From an uncultured Atopobiaceae bacterium (GTDB lineage Bacteria > Actinomycetota > Coriobacteriia > Coriobacteriales > Atopobiaceae): a DNA stretch of 64,000 bases. Location: NCBI GenBank assembly GCA_947599965.1, contig CANQFP010000002.1, positions 3,958-67,957 on the forward strand, read 5' to 3'. This document shows positions 62,746-64,000 of the stretch, in pieces. Within the stretch, counting starts at the first letter, position 1. Each line of letters opens with the position of its first letter. The translations under genes and the position numbers were made by a program. The notes beneath the pieces are model-generated. The model searched no databases and was not told the DNA's origin. It saw only the letters and a program-made list of their open reading frames with translations.

Positions 62746-63471
62746 ATGCCCGCTGCCTCCAAGCTGCCGCCCGCCCTCGCGCGCCTCGCCACGGGAGCGC
62801 TCGATCTACTCTGGCCCGAGCGGTGCGTGGGGTGCGATACCCCGGGGACGCTTCTCTGCGAGGACTGCGCGAAGCGTCTGCCCACGATCGATCGGCGCTG
62901 GGCGTGCCCCTTCTGCGGCGCCCCCTTCGGCTGGCTCGTCTGCACGGATTGCACCGGGCCCTCGCCCGAGCTTCCGCGCATCGTGAGCGCGTTCGCCCAC
63001 GAGGGGGCCGCGGCGCGTCTCGTGACGGTCTACAAGGACGAGCACGAGCGCCGGCTCGCGCCGCTTCTCGCCGAGGCCATCCACCTCGCCCTCCACTCCG
63101 CCTTCGAAGAGGACGGCGAGATCGTCACCCTCGACGCGATCGCCTTCATCCCCTCCACCGAGGAGGCGCTCGCGCGGCGCGGCTTCGATCCCATGCAAGG
63201 CGTGGCCCGCGAGCTCTCGGCGAGGATCGATCTTCCCGTGGCGGACGCGCTCATCCACTACAGCTCGGGCGATCAGCGCGAACTCACCGGCGAGGAGCGC
63301 GCCGAGAACGTGCGCGGTTCCTTCGAGGCCACGGGCGACGTCTTCGGAGCCCGGCTTCTCCTCATCGACGACGTGGTGACCACGGGTTCCTCGCTGAGGG
63401 AAGCCGCCCGCGCGCTGGCCGCCCGGGGTGCTCGCGTCGCCCTCGCCGCCTCGGTCACGCGAGTTTGGTGA
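62746..63471 (+). CDS. comFC: ComF-family protein (ComFC-type phosphoribosyltransferase-domain protein)
   Basis: There are N-terminal CxxC pairs (CVGCD...CEDC...CPFCG). The C-terminal PRT motif is LLLIDDVVTTGSS. Confidence 0.85.
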   Translation: MPAASKLPPALARLATGALDLLWPERCVGCDTPGTLLCEDCAKRLPTIDRRWACPFCGAPFGWLVCTDCTGPSPELPRIVSAFAHEGAAARLVTVYKDEHERRLAPLLAEAIHLALHSAFEEDGEIVTLDAIAFIPSTEEALARRGFDPMQGVARELSARIDLPVADALIHYSSGDQRELTGEERAENVRGSFEATGDVFGARLLLIDDVVTTGSSLREAARALAARGARVALAASVTRVW

Positions 63472-63518
63472 GCTCCGCGTTGCGAGGCTCGGACGAGGCG
63501 GGAGCCCCGAGGTTGCGT

Positions 63519-63527
63519 TGGTATACT
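63519..63527 (+). promoter_or_regulatory. Extended -10 promoter element
   Basis: The sequence is TGgTATACT, with TG at 63519-63520 and TATACT at 63522-63527. There is no good -35 element, which is consistent with an extended -10 promoter. Confidence 0.35.
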
Positions 63528-63534
63528 CCAGATG

Positions 63535-63864
63535 TCCCTTGCCAGGTCTGTGGTTGCGGGCGGGACGCGGGCTTTCCGCCCCCGCCTCAGTCCATGGCAG
63601 ACGAGGCCCAACGGACCCACGTAAACCCGGGTGCGCGCACCCGGGCGATCACGGCTCGTTCTAGACGTAAGTCGCACCTCCCTAACGTGAGAGGGACGCC
63701 GTTCCTCGGGGAGAGAGGACTACCGTGGGGGCGCCGCGGCGCCCGAAGCGACGGTCCCGGTGCGCGAGTGTGGGGTCGAAGACCAGGTCAGCTGGGAAGG
63801 GACGCTTGCCGGGCGTCGGTTGGCGCCTTGGCCCGGCGATCGATCGGCAACCGAGAGGAAGCCC
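63535..63864 (+). promoter_or_regulatory. Long GC-rich structured 5' leader (candidate cis-regulatory RNA) upstream of a lipoprotein gene
   Basis: This roughly 330-nt non-coding stretch has several strong stems. A 20-nt palindrome, CCCGGGTGCGCGCACCCGGG, lies at 63626-63645. GGGCGCCGCGGCGCCC at 63729-63744 is enclosed by ACCGT/ACGGT. GGGG and GUCAGCU blocks recall the ydaO (c-di-AMP) motif, but the match is incomplete. Confidence 0.3.
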
Positions 63865-64000
63865 ATGGCCATGAACTCCACCATCGCCCACGCTCCCGCT
63901 TCGCCTCGCGAGAGGAGCCGAAGGCTCCGGCACGGCCTGCGCCTGCTCGCGCTCGCATGCGCGCTCGTCGTCGGCGCCGTCGTGCTCGCGGGGTGCGATG
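63865..64000 (+). CDS. Putative lipoprotein, N-terminal fragment (continues beyond the window)
   Basis: ATG 63865 follows GAGAGGAA. The translation is MAMNSTIAHAPASPRERSRRLRHGLRLLALACALVVGAVVLAGCD, which has a positively charged n-region, a hydrophobic core and the lipobox LAGC. Confidence 0.6.
   Translation, partial: MAMNSTIAHAPASPRERSRRLRHGLRLLALACALVVGAVVLAGCD

Noticed and set aside
63775-63810. SRP (4.5S) RNA domain IV-like string, CCAGGTCAGCTGGGAAGGGACGC.
   Set aside because: The bases flanking the GGAA tetraloop (CTG and GGG) cannot pair as they do in SRP RNA helix 8, and no complementary 5' or 3' arm is present.

Overview
This is a very GC-rich chromosomal segment with a strong third-codon-position GC bias. 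That bias produces many long spurious antisense ORFs. Gene content and GGAGG-type ribosome-binding sites suggest a saccharolytic high-GC Actinomycetota, probably a gut or oral Coriobacteriia-like organism (inference only). I call about 52 protein-coding genes. I found no rRNA, tRNA, CRISPR array, transposase or integrase.

Gene layout by coordinate:
- 2-4467: two SIS deglycase-like genes followed by a mannose-family PTS (EIIA, B, C, D).
- 4597-5829: MFS transporter.
- 5948-6692: RelB/ParD-like antitoxin with a RelE/ParE-like toxin.
- 6801-11012: soluble GT-A-like glycosyltransferase, LytS-type kinase, LytTR regulator and a YfcE-like phosphoesterase.
- 11109-16183: pgi, a Nim/PNPOx-like protein, an orphan carbamate kinase and a secreted GH5 endoglucanase with three N-terminal repeats.
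- 16471-21331: two translationally coupled YhgE/Pip membrane proteins.
- 21588-29020: MIF-type tautomerase, an orphan small gene in an AT-rich island, an aldehyde dehydrogenase plus MFS operon, an OatA-like acyltransferase-SGNH protein and a choloylglycine hydrolase.
- 29278-32570: minus-strand cassette of acylphosphatase-like, GT2, GT2 and acylphosphatase proteins.
- 32882-39095: MacB-type ABC transporter with a very long coiled-coil insert, then DegV and Fic.
- 39100-56762: roughly 17.7 kb rhamnose-type glycopolymer locus. It holds a DUF2142-like protein, rmlD, rmlB, a GT4, three tandem paralogous ~800-aa dual-GT2 proteins sharing an unassigned ~270-aa N-terminal domain, queD, a DUF2304-like protein, a GtrB-like GT2, rmlC and a fourth giant glycosyltransferase.
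- 56759-64000: larC and larB, metG, rsmA, tatD and comFC, then a long structured leader before a truncated lipoprotein gene.

Observations I consider most worth follow-up:
1. The giant glycosyltransferase family with its uncharacterised N-terminal domain, in a locus with no recognisable primer or exporter gene.
2. A roughly 110-nt intergenic element present twice (29046-29156 and 52122-52231) whose 12-bp hairpin stem differs between copies only by compensatory changes.
3. The acylphosphatase-flanked glycosyltransferase cassette.
4. The glycosyltransferase / LytS / LytTR operon.
5. A repeat-dense palindromic spacer at 16184-16470.
6. A candidate riboswitch-like leader at 63535-63864.

All start codons were chosen by eye from ribosome-binding sites and homology logic. 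No database search or RNA or structure prediction was run.
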